From positions 6,911-70,910 of the forward strand of contig DAME01000025.1 in assembly GCA_002499545.1 (NCBI GenBank): 64,000 bases of DNA, read 5' to 3'. Source of the stretch: Euryarchaeota archaeon UBA88 (GTDB taxonomy: Archaea; Thermoplasmatota; Poseidoniia; Poseidoniales; Poseidoniaceae). Every line of letters begins with the position of its first letter. The stretch's first letter is position 1. A model generated the notes under the pieces. The model was not told the DNA's origin, searched no databases, and worked only from the letters and a program-made list of their open reading frames with translations. Below, one piece after another: positions 19,299 through 29,932 of this stretch. The position numbers were made by a program, and so were the translations under genes.

Positions 19299-22200
19299 TT
19301 ATTGGGCAAACGGATCGCAGAGTTCCCCTTGTCCTGGGAAACTTGTAGGATTGCGGGGATTGGTATCCCACTTGAATTCACAATAATTCACGTGGCCGTC
19401 TCCATCTGTGTCAATCATCCGATCAGCAGGGTCAAACGGATCGAATTGGAAGTGATATTCCCATCCAGTTGCCATACCATCGTCATCATGGTCTTGATAG
19501 TAGACTTCCGGACCATCATTCCAACCGTCACCATCGGTGTCGTTGGTGATTGGGCTGGTGCCGTTTTGCTTCTCTTCCAAGTTGGTATAATTTTCTAAGT
19601 TATCGTAAAACCGTTTTCCATCAGGTGTATCGGGGTCAATATTGCAGTCGGAATTCGTTGTATCATTGTAACCGGAGCAATATTTGCGAATCAGTCCAGT
19701 ACGGTTAAGCCCGTCAGTGTCGGGGTCTTCGTCACCGTCCATGATACCGTCAAGGTCGCTGTCGGGCATGGAAGGGTCCATCACGCCACGAGCGCCGTAA
19801 GCGTCGATTGAGGAATTGTCCACCAGTCCGCTATCCAAAGCAAGTCCGGAGTAGTACACTTCCCATCCATCAGGTAATTGGTCACCATCGGTATCGTCAT
19901 CGACTGGGTTCGTGTTCCACTTGTCAGGTGCTTCAGCCCCATTCGCCAATGAATCGTTATCGATATCAAACGTGTCATCTTTCATCGAACCAAGTGATGG
20001 GTCAAGAGCCCAACGTCCATTGCAGGCACAGAAGTTATTGACGGGAATTGAAAAACCAGTGAGATTCATTTCCGAAACAGCATATTTTTTCTCTACGATG
20101 AAACCGCCCAAGTTATTTTGCCAAACGTAACCACCGGCTTCCATCGAGCAATCGTTGTTTTGTGAGGGGACGCATCCAGGACGTTCCCAGGATGATGTTG
20201 CGACCCAAAGACTGTGGGAATTCGTGTTGTCTTCCGACGATTTTACCTGCATCTCCCAACCGTCAAGCATCCCATCGGAATCGGTATCGTTCTGCAGTGG
20301 ATTGGTTGGATTTTGGAACGGTCGTGGTACGAACAAGACTTCATTTCCGTCAAGAAGACTATCGTTATCTGTATCAGAGTTGTTTGCGTGGGTAAGGAAG
20401 TTATCTTTCCCAGCAATGACTTCTTCTCCATCTTCAAGACCGTCGTTGTCGGTATCAAACATACAAGGACTGGTGAAGTATGATTCACCCTCCCATGTAT
20501 AGCCTGTGAGGGCTTCTATTTGGTCAAGTTCACCATCGCCATCAGTATCCGGATTTGAAGCATTGGAACCTCCAGCACACACTGAAGCGAATTCCATGTA
20601 ATCCGATAAGCCATCTTCATCGGTGTCAAAGAGTCCTGGGTCTGATGTAACCCAGGTCTTGATAACACCGTTATTCACGACGAGAATTTCCCAACCCATC
20701 ACTTCAATTCCATCAAGAAGTCCATCACCGTCAGTGTCTGGATTCAGTGGATTGGTTGAACGACCATCTATCACTCCGTCATTGTCGCGGTCTCGTGCGT
20801 TGTATTCCATGAGGTTCGTGAATTGTTCTTCAGGTTCTACAATTTGCATCCAGCTAAAGAGACGGGACTCGACGGCCTGTCCGAGAGTAACATCAATCGA
20901 ATAAACATAGCCGGCAACTGGCGCAATCATGGCGACAGTTTGCTTCTGACCACCTGCCAGGGTGATTTGGCCACGAGCGACAGTGGAGTTTGCTTCAACC
21001 CACTGGTCTTCAATCACATCAATTCCGATAACGATGGTTGTTGACTCAAGTGTAGAATAGAAGACTCCACCATCTCCATCAACGTCCCAACCGTCTCGAT
21101 CAGGATCGAGGTTGCCGTTAGCACCATCACGGGGGTGAAGCCCGTTAGTTGATTCCCATCCATCTGGCATACCATCTTGGTCAGTATCGAGCCTCCACGG
21201 GGATGTGAAGTTCGTAGGGCCAAATGTGTTCGCAACGAGGTATTCTTCGAAGTTGTTCAGTCCATCTTCATCCCAGTCACCGTATCCGTCGGATGCGTTT
21301 GAGGGATTCAAAACCTTGAGTGCATCGTTCTGCGGTTGGTCATTCACGTTGGAGTAACAAAATTCGAATCCATCCGGCATACCGTCACCGTCGGTGTCCC
21401 AGTCGGATGGTCCGTTGAGTAAACCATCACCGTCCATGTCCATGAGGAACCAAGAGTTTTCAACACCAGAAAACGGAGCTAAGCGTGAAATTGGATCGAG
21501 AAGAGGTGTGTTGCAGTCTTCTCCAACCCCCGTGCTAAGAACGACGGAATCCAAGCCTACTTCGACAATGTCGTCGAGCAAATCCATGTCCGAATCACGA
21601 GCGTTAGGGTTGGTGCCAAAGAGTTCTTCCTGGAAGTTTGGAAGACCGTCTTCATCCGTGTCCAGAATCATATCACAGGAGTGCGAGCCTTGCGAATTGG
21701 CGAGTTCAGACCATGAAGGCAGCACGCCTTCAGCGTCATCATAAAAACTGGAGAGAGTATCTTCCATTGCTTGGTCAAGAAGAAGGCAATCCCAATTTCC
21801 GTTGAGTGGATCGAAGAGGGTAACTTCGCCTCCAGGAGTTTGTACAACCATTGTATACATCGATTCCCAGCGGTCGTTGAGATTGTCATTGTCAGTATCC
21901 GCACGTTGAGGATCGGTGCCGAGTTCTTGCTCGACTTGGTTGGTTAACCCGTCATTATCAGGATCGCCGTTTGGTCCTTGTTCAGGGTCTGGCCAAGAAT
22001 CAGTTTCGTTTTCGATGTTAGCATCGTCGGTTTGATCTGCTTGAGAAGGATCTTGAATGATATCTTCTGATTCACCGTTATCAAGTGGATTGAGGCCGTG
22101 TTCAACTTCCCATCCATCACTCATACCGTCGTTATCCGTATCGGGTTTATCGGGGTCAGTGCCGTACTGAGTCGATTCAAGAGTATCTGAAAGACCGTCC

Positions 22201-22385
22201 CCATCTGAATCTAAACCCGCACCGATTGCCGTACCAGAACCTATCAAATCCTCTTCAGCAGCACTTTCGTATCCACCAATCGATTCACTCGTTTGGAAAT
22301 ATCCTGAAAAACCCACAAAGAGAGAGCCGAAAATCAAGGTAGAAATGATTGCAGCATAGGCCATTTGGTTGTGACTTAAGGACAT
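19299..22385 (-). CDS. membrane-anchored acidic protein with many NPxxxDTDxDGxxDGxE Ca-binding repeats and an internal biotinyl/lipoyl-like domain
   Basis: N-terminal TM; repeated DTDxDG motifs throughout; GGTGAG SD before ATG 22385. Confidence 0.8.
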   Translation of the reverse strand: MSLSHNQMAYAAIISTLIFGSLFVGFSGYFQTSESIGGYESAAEEDLIGSGTAIGAGLDSDGDGLSDTLESTQYGTDPDKPDTDNDGMSDGWEVEHGLNPLDNGESEDIIQDPSQADQTDDANIENETDSWPDPEQGPNGDPDNDGLTNQVEQELGTDPQRADTDNDNLNDRWESMYTMVVQTPGGEVTLFDPLNGNWDCLLLDQAMEDTLSSFYDDAEGVLPSWSELANSQGSHSCDMILDTDEDGLPNFQEELFGTNPNARDSDMDLLDDIVEVGLDSVVLSTGVGEDCNTPLLDPISRLAPFSGVENSWFLMDMDGDGLLNGPSDWDTDGDGMPDGFEFCYSNVNDQPQNDALKVLNPSNASDGYGDWDEDGLNNFEEYLVANTFGPTNFTSPWRLDTDQDGMPDGWESTNGLHPRDGANGNLDPDRDGWDVDGDGGVFYSTLESTTIVIGIDVIEDQWVEANSTVARGQITLAGGQKQTVAMIAPVAGYVYSIDVTLGQAVESRLFSWMQIVEPEEQFTNLMEYNARDRDNDGVIDGRSTNPLNPDTDGDGLLDGIEVMGWEILVVNNGVIKTWVTSDPGLFDTDEDGLSDYMEFASVCAGGSNASNPDTDGDGELDQIEALTGYTWEGESYFTSPCMFDTDNDGLEDGEEVIAGKDNFLTHANNSDTDNDSLLDGNEVLFVPRPFQNPTNPLQNDTDSDGMLDGWEMQVKSSEDNTNSHSLWVATSSWERPGCVPSQNNDCSMEAGGYVWQNNLGGFIVEKKYAVSEMNLTGFSIPVNNFCACNGRWALDPSLGSMKDDTFDIDNDSLANGAEAPDKWNTNPVDDDTDGDQLPDGWEVYYSGLALDSGLVDNSSIDAYGARGVMDPSMPDSDLDGIMDGDEDPDTDGLNRTGLIRKYCSGYNDTTNSDCNIDPDTPDGKRFYDNLENYTNLEEKQNGTSPITNDTDGDGWNDGPEVYYQDHDDDGMATGWEYHFQFDPFDPADRMIDTDGDGHVNYCEFKWDTNPRNPTSFPGQGELCDPFAQ

Positions 22386-22499
22386 TTGACTCACCGTGCA
22401 CATCAGTGCAGTCTCTCCGACTTCGTACATCGGTTATAGACCTTAACTCTCAATGCTTGAATCTCGCTGTCGAACAGATGGAGTGATATGATATTCCTT

Positions 22500-23576
22500 T
22501 CAGGCATAATTGAGAAGAGAAGAGACTTCAAGCGACCATCCACTTCCTTGTTGAACGAGCGATGATTTGGCTTTTTTACCGTGCCCGCGCTGCCAGAGAG
22601 CTATCAACCACGCGACGGTCAATGGGAGATGAGAACTCGACTTCAATTGAAAAAGAACACCTCCATGTTCATCAGTCGCAGAAATACGTTCATAGGTACC
22701 AAGTCCGAACGGAATCATGTATGCATCACATAATGCACGCCAACTCTGTATATCCTGTATGTAGACAGGACGTTCGCTCTTAGCAAGGAGATCTTCGATT
22801 GCCAGGCATGTGGCAGAAACCACGTGTGTTGAACTATCCTGCATCGATTCAGAGAAATGGAATGATTCAATTCGTGATGGGGCAAGTAAAGGCAACTGAG
22901 TCGATATCGCTTCGAAAATACGTGAGAAAAAACCAACTGGAAGCAAAACCGAAGCCTCGCCGGCATTTGCCCAACCGAGTTCTCGTACTTCAATGTCAAG
23001 TTCGATTGGTGAAATACGATCATTGATGTGTTGTTGAGAGGGGTTTTGCCACTCAAACACTCTTGGGTCCCGAACCGGTGCAAGCTGACGAGTGTCGGGT
23101 TCCAATTCGAGGAGAGTTTGGGTTGGGGACACTTGCTTCCACTGTAGTTTGATGCGGCTAAGGTGGACCTTTTCGAGGGCAGCCAGGGCTAAACCTGCGG
23201 TTATCGGAGCCATAAGATTACTCGTTATTGTATCATTGGCCAGTGACAGTTTTCCCCAACCGAGGAGATGCCAACGCTGTGACAGTAATGCTTGTTGTTT
23301 CCGCTTTTTGAACAAACCGTTTACGCGAAAAAGAGAGTACTTGTTGAACATCCATTCTTCTTCATCTGCTGCAGCATTCATCAATTTACGGCCCATTGGA
23401 ACGCCCAAATGCGTTTCCAATGCAAGCCACCAATGTTGGAAGTCTGCTGCTGTCCAAACAAGCCATGAACCACCGTTTTCATCACGGATTGAGCCATCTG
23501 CATGAACGGTGAAATTTGATTGAAGGGTGTGCAAGAGGCTTGAGGACCGAACAGATGAATCTACATTGCCGCCCAT
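22500..23576 (-). CDS. hypothetical protein, possibly tandem V4R-like domains
   Basis: 358-aa ORF downstream of glyA; two similar halves ending LLGWG / PFGLG. Confidence 0.6.
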   Translation of the reverse strand: MGGNVDSSVRSSSLLHTLQSNFTVHADGSIRDENGGSWLVWTAADFQHWWLALETHLGVPMGRKLMNAAADEEEWMFNKYSLFRVNGLFKKRKQQALLSQRWHLLGWGKLSLANDTITSNLMAPITAGLALAALEKVHLSRIKLQWKQVSPTQTLLELEPDTRQLAPVRDPRVFEWQNPSQQHINDRISPIELDIEVRELGWANAGEASVLLPVGFFSRIFEAISTQLPLLAPSRIESFHFSESMQDSSTHVVSATCLAIEDLLAKSERPVYIQDIQSWRALCDAYMIPFGLGTYERISATDEHGGVLFQLKSSSHLPLTVAWLIALWQRGHGKKAKSSLVQQGSGWSLEVSSLLNYA

Positions 23577-23585
23577 GGGATTGCC

Positions 23586-24899
23586 TCAAAAAGGGTAACC
23601 AGTTGTTTGCTCATCGTTGAAACAATAACGAATGACGTGATGATGCGATTTGAGTTCTGCAACATCCTTCTTGACCCTTTGTGGGTCTTCGTGCTTGATC
23701 AAGACCCGAGCGTAGAGTTCAGCAACTGCTTCCATCTCCGAAGGGCCCATACCGACCCGAGTCAATTCTTGGACGCCAAGGCGTAGACCTGATGGTGTGA
23801 GGGCTTTGGTATCGCCAGGAAGCATGTTCATGTTGGTGATAATTCCTGCTTCTTCCAACAATTGAGCAGCCTTCGCTCCAGCACCTGAATCTGTGTCGCC
23901 ATGACGTGTTAAGACTTGGTGAGATGCGGTATAACCACGAGATTCTGCCAAGACGTCAAAACCTTGAGCAGCAAGTGAACTCGCAAACGCTTGAGCGTTA
24001 CGGACTGTGTCATGCGCGTATGCAGAACCGTACTCCTCAAACTCGGCCAATGCTACTACTTTACCGGCTACGTGGTGGAGATGGTACGATGAAACAACAC
24101 CCGGGAAAATGGCAGTGTTGAGGCGGCGGTGAAATGAGGTTTCTTCGCTGGAAGACAACAAAAAACCACCTTGAGGGCCTGGAAATGTTTTGTGTGACGA
24201 ACCGGTCATGATGTCAGCACCCTCACGAAGAGGATCTTGGAAACAGCCTCCAGCGATGAGACCCAAAACGTGAGCTCCATCGTACATGACTTTCGCACCC
24301 ACTTCATGTGCAGCATCTGCAATCTCTCGAAGTGGAGTTGGGAACAGGAAGACGGATTGCCCTACTAAGGCAACTTTAGGCTCTACATCTCGGATTAGGG
24401 CACATGCGCCTTCGATATCAGGTTCCATCCTGTCTTCATCCCATGGGTAGGTTGACAAATCCAAATCACGAAGACCTACAGCACCCATTCGAGCATGCGA
24501 TATGTGGCCCCCATCTGCGGTAGATACTGCAGTAATTTTGTCGCCGGGTTGAGCGAGTGCTTTGAGAGCACCAATATTCGAAACGGTTCCAGATGTCGAC
24601 TGAATGTTCGCAAACGGTGCGTTGAACACTTTCTTCGCCATCTCAATTCCAAGACTCTCTATTGTGTCGAAATCGCCACATCCTTGATAGTATCGCTTTC
24701 CAGGAAGACCTTCTGCATATCGGCCATGTAAATCACTTCCAACAATTTTCCGGACCATTGGGGATATGATGTTCTCAGAAGCAATCATTCCAAATCCATT
24801 ACGATAAAGTTCGCTACTTGATGCAGTTGCATCAATGACGGTTTGTGCCTTCTCCAACGTCGATTTCGAAGGAGACCAAGTACCACGTTCACCCTGCAT
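23586..24899 (-). CDS. glyA: serine hydroxymethyltransferase
   Basis: IASEN, YAEGLPGKRYYQG, GGHISH, SSHKTFPGPQGG (PLP Lys), SGLRLG. Confidence 0.97.
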   Translation of the reverse strand: MQGERGTWSPSKSTLEKAQTVIDATASSSELYRNGFGMIASENIISPMVRKIVGSDLHGRYAEGLPGKRYYQGCGDFDTIESLGIEMAKKVFNAPFANIQSTSGTVSNIGALKALAQPGDKITAVSTADGGHISHARMGAVGLRDLDLSTYPWDEDRMEPDIEGACALIRDVEPKVALVGQSVFLFPTPLREIADAAHEVGAKVMYDGAHVLGLIAGGCFQDPLREGADIMTGSSHKTFPGPQGGFLLSSSEETSFHRRLNTAIFPGVVSSYHLHHVAGKVVALAEFEEYGSAYAHDTVRNAQAFASSLAAQGFDVLAESRGYTASHQVLTRHGDTDSGAGAKAAQLLEEAGIITNMNMLPGDTKALTPSGLRLGVQELTRVGMGPSEMEAVAELYARVLIKHEDPQRVKKDVAELKSHHHVIRYCFNDEQTTGYPF

Positions 24900-24945
24900 G
24901 ATTCGTGCTTAGCAAGAAGGTCTTTGAACCCATTGATAGAGATGC

Positions 24946-27900
24946 TTAGTCGAAAGAAAGGTACTCATCATCAGATTCACGAGTTGAAGATTTGCTTTGT
25001 GGACGAACGTTGGGTCCGGGACGTTTCGAACCAACGGTTATGTTGGAATTCGGCGAACTCTTTTTTCTGTTTGGTCGCTCCGATACACGAGTGTTGGTCG
25101 GAATTCCACGCTGACTGAGGTTAATCTCAGCCACTGAACGCGACTTACTGGATACCGGTCGTCCTTTGGCGCTCGCTTTACCTGACTTCTTGGCGATGTA
25201 TTGTGGACGACCGCGATAAGCAACCGCTCCAATGAGACGCTCGAGGGCCGGAATTTCAGCTCCTTCCTCCTTTGGACGCTTCAGCCACCAACCTTCTCCC
25301 AAAGGTTGAAGTCGAGGTGGTCGAGATTTAGCCATTGACTTCGCTTGGCGTTTGAGTCGCATCTTCACCGATTTCTCAGAGTCACGCGGCAATCGCTCTG
25401 TCATCCAACCAGGCAAACCGATGTCGAGTACTACTCCGTTGACAGTGACCAACATTCCTGAGAGCAAGAGGTGAGTGCCCACTGGGATATTGGCACGTTC
25501 TGGTTGGACTTTGAAACGCTTCATTCTCTTCGCATACGATACCATTGCCTTTTGATCTCTGTGCCGAATGACGCGTTTCTGCTGTTTCGAAAATCGTCTT
25601 CCAGCGATCTGGATCATGAGCAGCGTGACGACCACTACAACACCCTGCGCTTCCCCGACTTCTTGGGACACATATATTCCCAACACAAACCAGATTGGAA
25701 TGAGTACTAAAAGATGGAAAATTCGATTCAAGATGCTCGGCCGATATATTGGTGGCATTCCTCTTCGAGACGCCTCATGTGAAGCGATCAATACGTTGGC
25801 ATTGAGCGCTTCATCAAGTCCACCACGAACCATCAATCCCGCAATCGCATTCACAGGTGCAGAATTAATCCATTTGCGCATTTTTTTGCCGGTTCCAACG
25901 GCTAATGCAACTTCCATTTCTTCCTCATCGACGACTTGTCCAAGGATACTGCTCAACGCCATTACTCGAGGGTCTTGACCATCACTTTCCTTGAGTTCAG
26001 CGAGAATAGAACGAGCACTGTGCCAATCACCCTTATCGATTAAACAAAGCGCAGCAGCAATACGTGGACGAACCCCAGTCGGCTCATCTCGAACGAGTTT
26101 TAATGACAATTCAAGGGCATCATCATGTTGGCGTTGGGCTCGAAGAAGTGAAATCATGGAGAGACGAGATACCCGTGTCAGCCTGTCCTTGTGAATGGAT
26201 TCCTCTGAGGGAGAAGGTTGCCACCCACGCAACATTCGCATCAGGTCTTGTAAATGATCAATACAGGAATTGTTTTCCCAGTCCCAGAAATCATCTTCAG
26301 TAACCATTCCTTGCCAAGGATCGAGCCATTCGCAAACGAAAGCAAGTAATTCGGGTTCGTCGTATCCCTCGGCTTGCTGTAAACCGTGCAGCGCTTCACG
26401 CGCAGCGTCGAGGCGGCGAGAAGCCATGTAACCCACAGCAATCAACATTCGAGCTATGTCATCATCACCGCCAGCTTGTGCGAGAACTTTTCGAGCTTCT
26501 TCTATGGCTTTAGGCCAAAGTCCACGAACAGCAAGTTCCCACATGTGGGCGCGAGCTTTTTCGTGACGAACTAAAGATGGATCTCCCTCAATCGAGCGGC
26601 GCTGGAATTGTATTAGACCATCGAGATCTTCAGAGATTGCTGCTTCGTCAACCAAGGCACGCATCCAATCACCGCCAGCAAATTTGACTGCACCTTCACG
26701 ACGTTCATCCGGATTTAAATCGAAACGAAGGTTGAGAAGCGGTGAATATCGAATGATTGAAAGTAGCCAGGTGAACAAAAAGATGGCTTGGCCAAAAGCA
26801 ATGAACATCCACGTGGTTAAAAGACGATTACCTTCATTGAAACCAACGTCTTCAAGCCATGGTGTAAAGGGCATTAAATCTCCAAATTCCTTGTAGCATA
26901 CGAGAACCAACAACAGTACCGTATAGCCTGAAAAACCAGCGAAAGCGAATTTCAATTGTCTCGCCTGCGCATCGACTTCTGTTCGAATCTCACGAGGCGA
27001 ATCCAGGGTGACACCGAACATCCCACCAAAACTTTGACCACCGAGAACCAAGTTTCGAGTTAACTCAAAAATGAACGCAAGCCCTACAATTGCAATGTTC
27101 ATGGAAAGATAGAGCGATAAAAATTGTGGGAGGGATTTGATGAACTGCCAGTGGAAGAGAAGTTCAGAAATGATGTCAATTCTCTGGTAGATTGAATGAC
27201 CAATGATGCCGCCAAAATTCAGCACTTCTTCGGCATTTTCTGGCCTGTTAAATAAGACGTAAAACACCGTGACAATACCGTTGAGGGCGGTGATTGGCAT
27301 CGTCAGCAAAAAGAGTACTAAAATCAGTGAAAACAATCGGTTCAAGAAACCTGGCTTGTTCGGATCAATCGGATTTGGTCTACCATTGGAAGTTCTCCAT
27401 TTATTGATTAGCAGCATATTCCAAGAAGCTCCCATGATTCTTCCGTACGCCATGATGGTTGGTGCCATGAATGTCAACATACCTGCTGCAAGCCAAATCG
27501 GAGTTAGTGTCCCGTCCCCTGTTGTTTGAAGTCCGTACAGAAGAGTAGCAAACGTAGCACCAACAAGAAGCGCCATTGTGATGATTCGACGTAGGAAATT
27601 AGTTATTCTTTGACTCTTGACTTTCGATTTACTCATGCCCAAGAGCTGGGCATTGAGAGTTTCCCATGGCGAAATGAGAACAGGAATTGCAATCAAAATT
27701 CCAATGATGTAAAGGTTCGGTTTGAAGTAGATTTCCGGGTCAAATAAAAGTTCTGTAATCAAGAGAAGAACACCCGTCATCCCCATCATGTACAGGCCTA
27801 TTCCAATCGTCACTGAACCTTCTTTTAACAGATTACGAGCGTCAGATGCGCTACCCGTAATACGATGAACTTCGTATAAGTCATCATCGATCTCGAAGGC

Positions 27901-28104
27901 GACTTGAAGGTTCGCTAGCTGGCTTGGAATGAACCAGCGCCAAACTGGAATTGCAATGCAGATAGCAACCAACAGAGGGAAAAAGTATTCTGGCTCGAGT
28001 GCACTAACATCTGCAACTTCATTAGCCGAAACGGTGTGAAGGAAGAAAAGAGAAAAAAATGTTGTTAGGAGGACGACTCGAAATCTGCGAACTCCGTTGC
28101 CCAT
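24946..28104 (-). CDS. large polytopic membrane protein with TPR-like helical region and basic disordered tail
   Basis: Roughly ten N-terminal hydrophobic segments, Ala/Leu-rich helical repeats, two further TMs, K/R/S-rich C-terminus. Confidence 0.75.
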   Translation of the reverse strand: MGNGVRRFRVVLLTTFFSLFFLHTVSANEVADVSALEPEYFFPLLVAICIAIPVWRWFIPSQLANLQVAFEIDDDLYEVHRITGSASDARNLLKEGSVTIGIGLYMMGMTGVLLLITELLFDPEIYFKPNLYIIGILIAIPVLISPWETLNAQLLGMSKSKVKSQRITNFLRRIITMALLVGATFATLLYGLQTTGDGTLTPIWLAAGMLTFMAPTIMAYGRIMGASWNMLLINKWRTSNGRPNPIDPNKPGFLNRLFSLILVLFLLTMPITALNGIVTVFYVLFNRPENAEEVLNFGGIIGHSIYQRIDIISELLFHWQFIKSLPQFLSLYLSMNIAIVGLAFIFELTRNLVLGGQSFGGMFGVTLDSPREIRTEVDAQARQLKFAFAGFSGYTVLLLVLVCYKEFGDLMPFTPWLEDVGFNEGNRLLTTWMFIAFGQAIFLFTWLLSIIRYSPLLNLRFDLNPDERREGAVKFAGGDWMRALVDEAAISEDLDGLIQFQRRSIEGDPSLVRHEKARAHMWELAVRGLWPKAIEEARKVLAQAGGDDDIARMLIAVGYMASRRLDAAREALHGLQQAEGYDEPELLAFVCEWLDPWQGMVTEDDFWDWENNSCIDHLQDLMRMLRGWQPSPSEESIHKDRLTRVSRLSMISLLRAQRQHDDALELSLKLVRDEPTGVRPRIAAALCLIDKGDWHSARSILAELKESDGQDPRVMALSSILGQVVDEEEMEVALAVGTGKKMRKWINSAPVNAIAGLMVRGGLDEALNANVLIASHEASRRGMPPIYRPSILNRIFHLLVLIPIWFVLGIYVSQEVGEAQGVVVVVTLLMIQIAGRRFSKQQKRVIRHRDQKAMVSYAKRMKRFKVQPERANIPVGTHLLLSGMLVTVNGVVLDIGLPGWMTERLPRDSEKSVKMRLKRQAKSMAKSRPPRLQPLGEGWWLKRPKEEGAEIPALERLIGAVAYRGRPQYIAKKSGKASAKGRPVSSKSRSVAEINLSQRGIPTNTRVSERPNRKKSSPNSNITVGSKRPGPNVRPQSKSSTRESDDEYLSFD

Positions 28105-28156
28105 GTTGCTCGATTCGCGCCAAGAACATCAAGTCATCGATGAAATGGTTCTATAA

Positions 28157-29371
28157 TTAAGCTGAGCGATGACGTAGCAGGAAACGCTCAACACGGTCAA
28201 AGGCATCGTTTAAAACGTTGATTTCTGGTAGGTATACGAGGCGGAAATGGCCCTTACCCAAGGTAGGTGAAAATCCACTTCCGTGGACGAATAATACGTG
28301 CTCTTCATGCAAGAGTTCGAGAACGAATTTCTTATCGTTATCAGCCCACTTAGGATCTGTTAGTCGAACGAACATGTAGAATGCACCACCCGAAGATTCC
28401 ACCTCAATACCTTCAATAGAAGAAATTCGCTCAATGCAGAGGTTTCGTTGCGCTACCACTTTGCTCGAATATGCGGCCATCCACGACCGGTCGGACTCAA
28501 GTCCAGCAAGATAGCCGTATTGGGCTGGAGTCGAAGCACACAACCGTGAACGCAGTAAACGTTCAATTCCATCCCGGACCTCGATTAAACGATTCGTAGG
28601 GTCGTGAATGGCAAGATATCCAATACGCCAACCTGGGGCGTAGAACACCTTGGAGACGCCGTTCAGAACGAACACCGGCACGCTTGATGAAAGGCTTGCA
28701 ATGCTGACATGTTCACCTGTGAAATCAAGTCCATCGTATATTTCATCAGCCACAACGATGCAGTTAGGCCATCGTTCCGCTATCGCCAGTACTCTGTTGA
28801 CCTCTTCTGCACCAGCAACACTACCGCAGGGATTGTTTGGATTGATGAGAACCAATAACCGAACTGAATCATTCATTTTTGATTCAATGTCGTCGATATC
28901 CAATTTCCATCCGTCATCGGGTTTGAGTTTGTACTCGACGGTCGTGGCACCATACATTTGTGGATAAGCCATGTAGGGTGGGTAGTGCGGACCTGGTGCG
29001 AGTACTGTATCGCCTTGGTTGAGAATTGAGGCAAAGACAATCTGGAGTGCTTCAGTGACTCCATGACACACATAAACATCTGAATCCTTCGCATCCCACC
29101 CCTTCTGAACTTCATCACGTGCAATCGCTTTACGAAGTTCAGGCAAACCATACGATGGAGAATAACCATTCATTCCTTTCTGCAGTGCATGGACATACGC
29201 ATCGACCATGTGTTGAGGAGTGGGAAGACCCGGATAAGCGCTAGGATCACCAATATTGAGTTTCAATATTTGGTGTCCTTGTTCCTCCAGTATCGCAGCC
29301 GGAACCACAACATCCCTTATTGCGTATTCGATGTTTGATGCGCGGGACGCAACGGGGATTTGCTTTTCCAT
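28157..29371 (-). CDS. class I/II PLP aminotransferase (alanine aminotransferase-like)
   Basis: YAIRD, LNIGDP, INPNNPCG, DEIYD, SKVFYAPGWRIG, GHFRLV. Confidence 0.9.
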   Translation of the reverse strand: MEKQIPVASRASNIEYAIRDVVVPAAILEEQGHQILKLNIGDPSAYPGLPTPQHMVDAYVHALQKGMNGYSPSYGLPELRKAIARDEVQKGWDAKDSDVYVCHGVTEALQIVFASILNQGDTVLAPGPHYPPYMAYPQMYGATTVEYKLKPDDGWKLDIDDIESKMNDSVRLLVLINPNNPCGSVAGAEEVNRVLAIAERWPNCIVVADEIYDGLDFTGEHVSIASLSSSVPVFVLNGVSKVFYAPGWRIGYLAIHDPTNRLIEVRDGIERLLRSRLCASTPAQYGYLAGLESDRSWMAAYSSKVVAQRNLCIERISSIEGIEVESSGGAFYMFVRLTDPKWADNDKKFVLELLHEEHVLFVHGSGFSPTLGKGHFRLVYLPEINVLNDAFDRVERFLLRHRSA

Positions 29372-29417
29372 GGGCTCACCAATTTTCTGTTATCGTTGTT
29401 TCACTTGAACATTGACC

Positions 29418-29897
29418 TTACGGCAAATCACTGCGAGAAAGTCCGCCCATTGCCAAAACGGTATCGAAATCAGATTCCTCAACGGGCTGTACGGAGAGTC
29501 TCTGACCCTTTCGAATCAACAACATGTTTTCACAAGCCGGATTGTTGCGAACTTCTTCTAGCGAAACAATGGTTGGGAGTTCCGCAACTGCCTCGATATC
29601 GACCATCATCCATCGAGGGTTTTCAGGTGTTGCTTTCGGGTCGAAGTAATTCGATGAAGGGTCTTGCGCAGTGTGATCGGCATAGCCTTCGCGACTCACT
29701 CGTGCGATTCCTGCGATGTGCGGTGGCTTGAAGTTTGAGTGATAGAACAAGACCAAATCTCCTTTCTTCATGTCGTCGCGCATCATGTTGCGTGCCTGAT
29801 AATTTCTCACTCCATCCCAGTGGGTAGAGCCGTCAGCCACGAGTTGCTCAAAAGGGTACACGTGGGGTTCCGATTTCATCAACCAGTACTTGTCCAT
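29418..29897 (-). CDS. EVE domain protein
   Basis: YWLMKSEP, WDGVRNYQARN, GDLVLFYHS, YFDPK, RLSVQPV. Confidence 0.95.
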   Translation of the reverse strand: MDKYWLMKSEPHVYPFEQLVADGSTHWDGVRNYQARNMMRDDMKKGDLVLFYHSNFKPPHIAGIARVSREGYADHTAQDPSSNYFDPKATPENPRWMMVDIEAVAELPTIVSLEEVRNNPACENMLLIRKGQRLSVQPVEESDFDTVLAMGGLSRSDLP

Positions 29898-29932
29898 GCA
29901 GTAGGCAAAAAGAAACAGCCAATGAAACTTAC

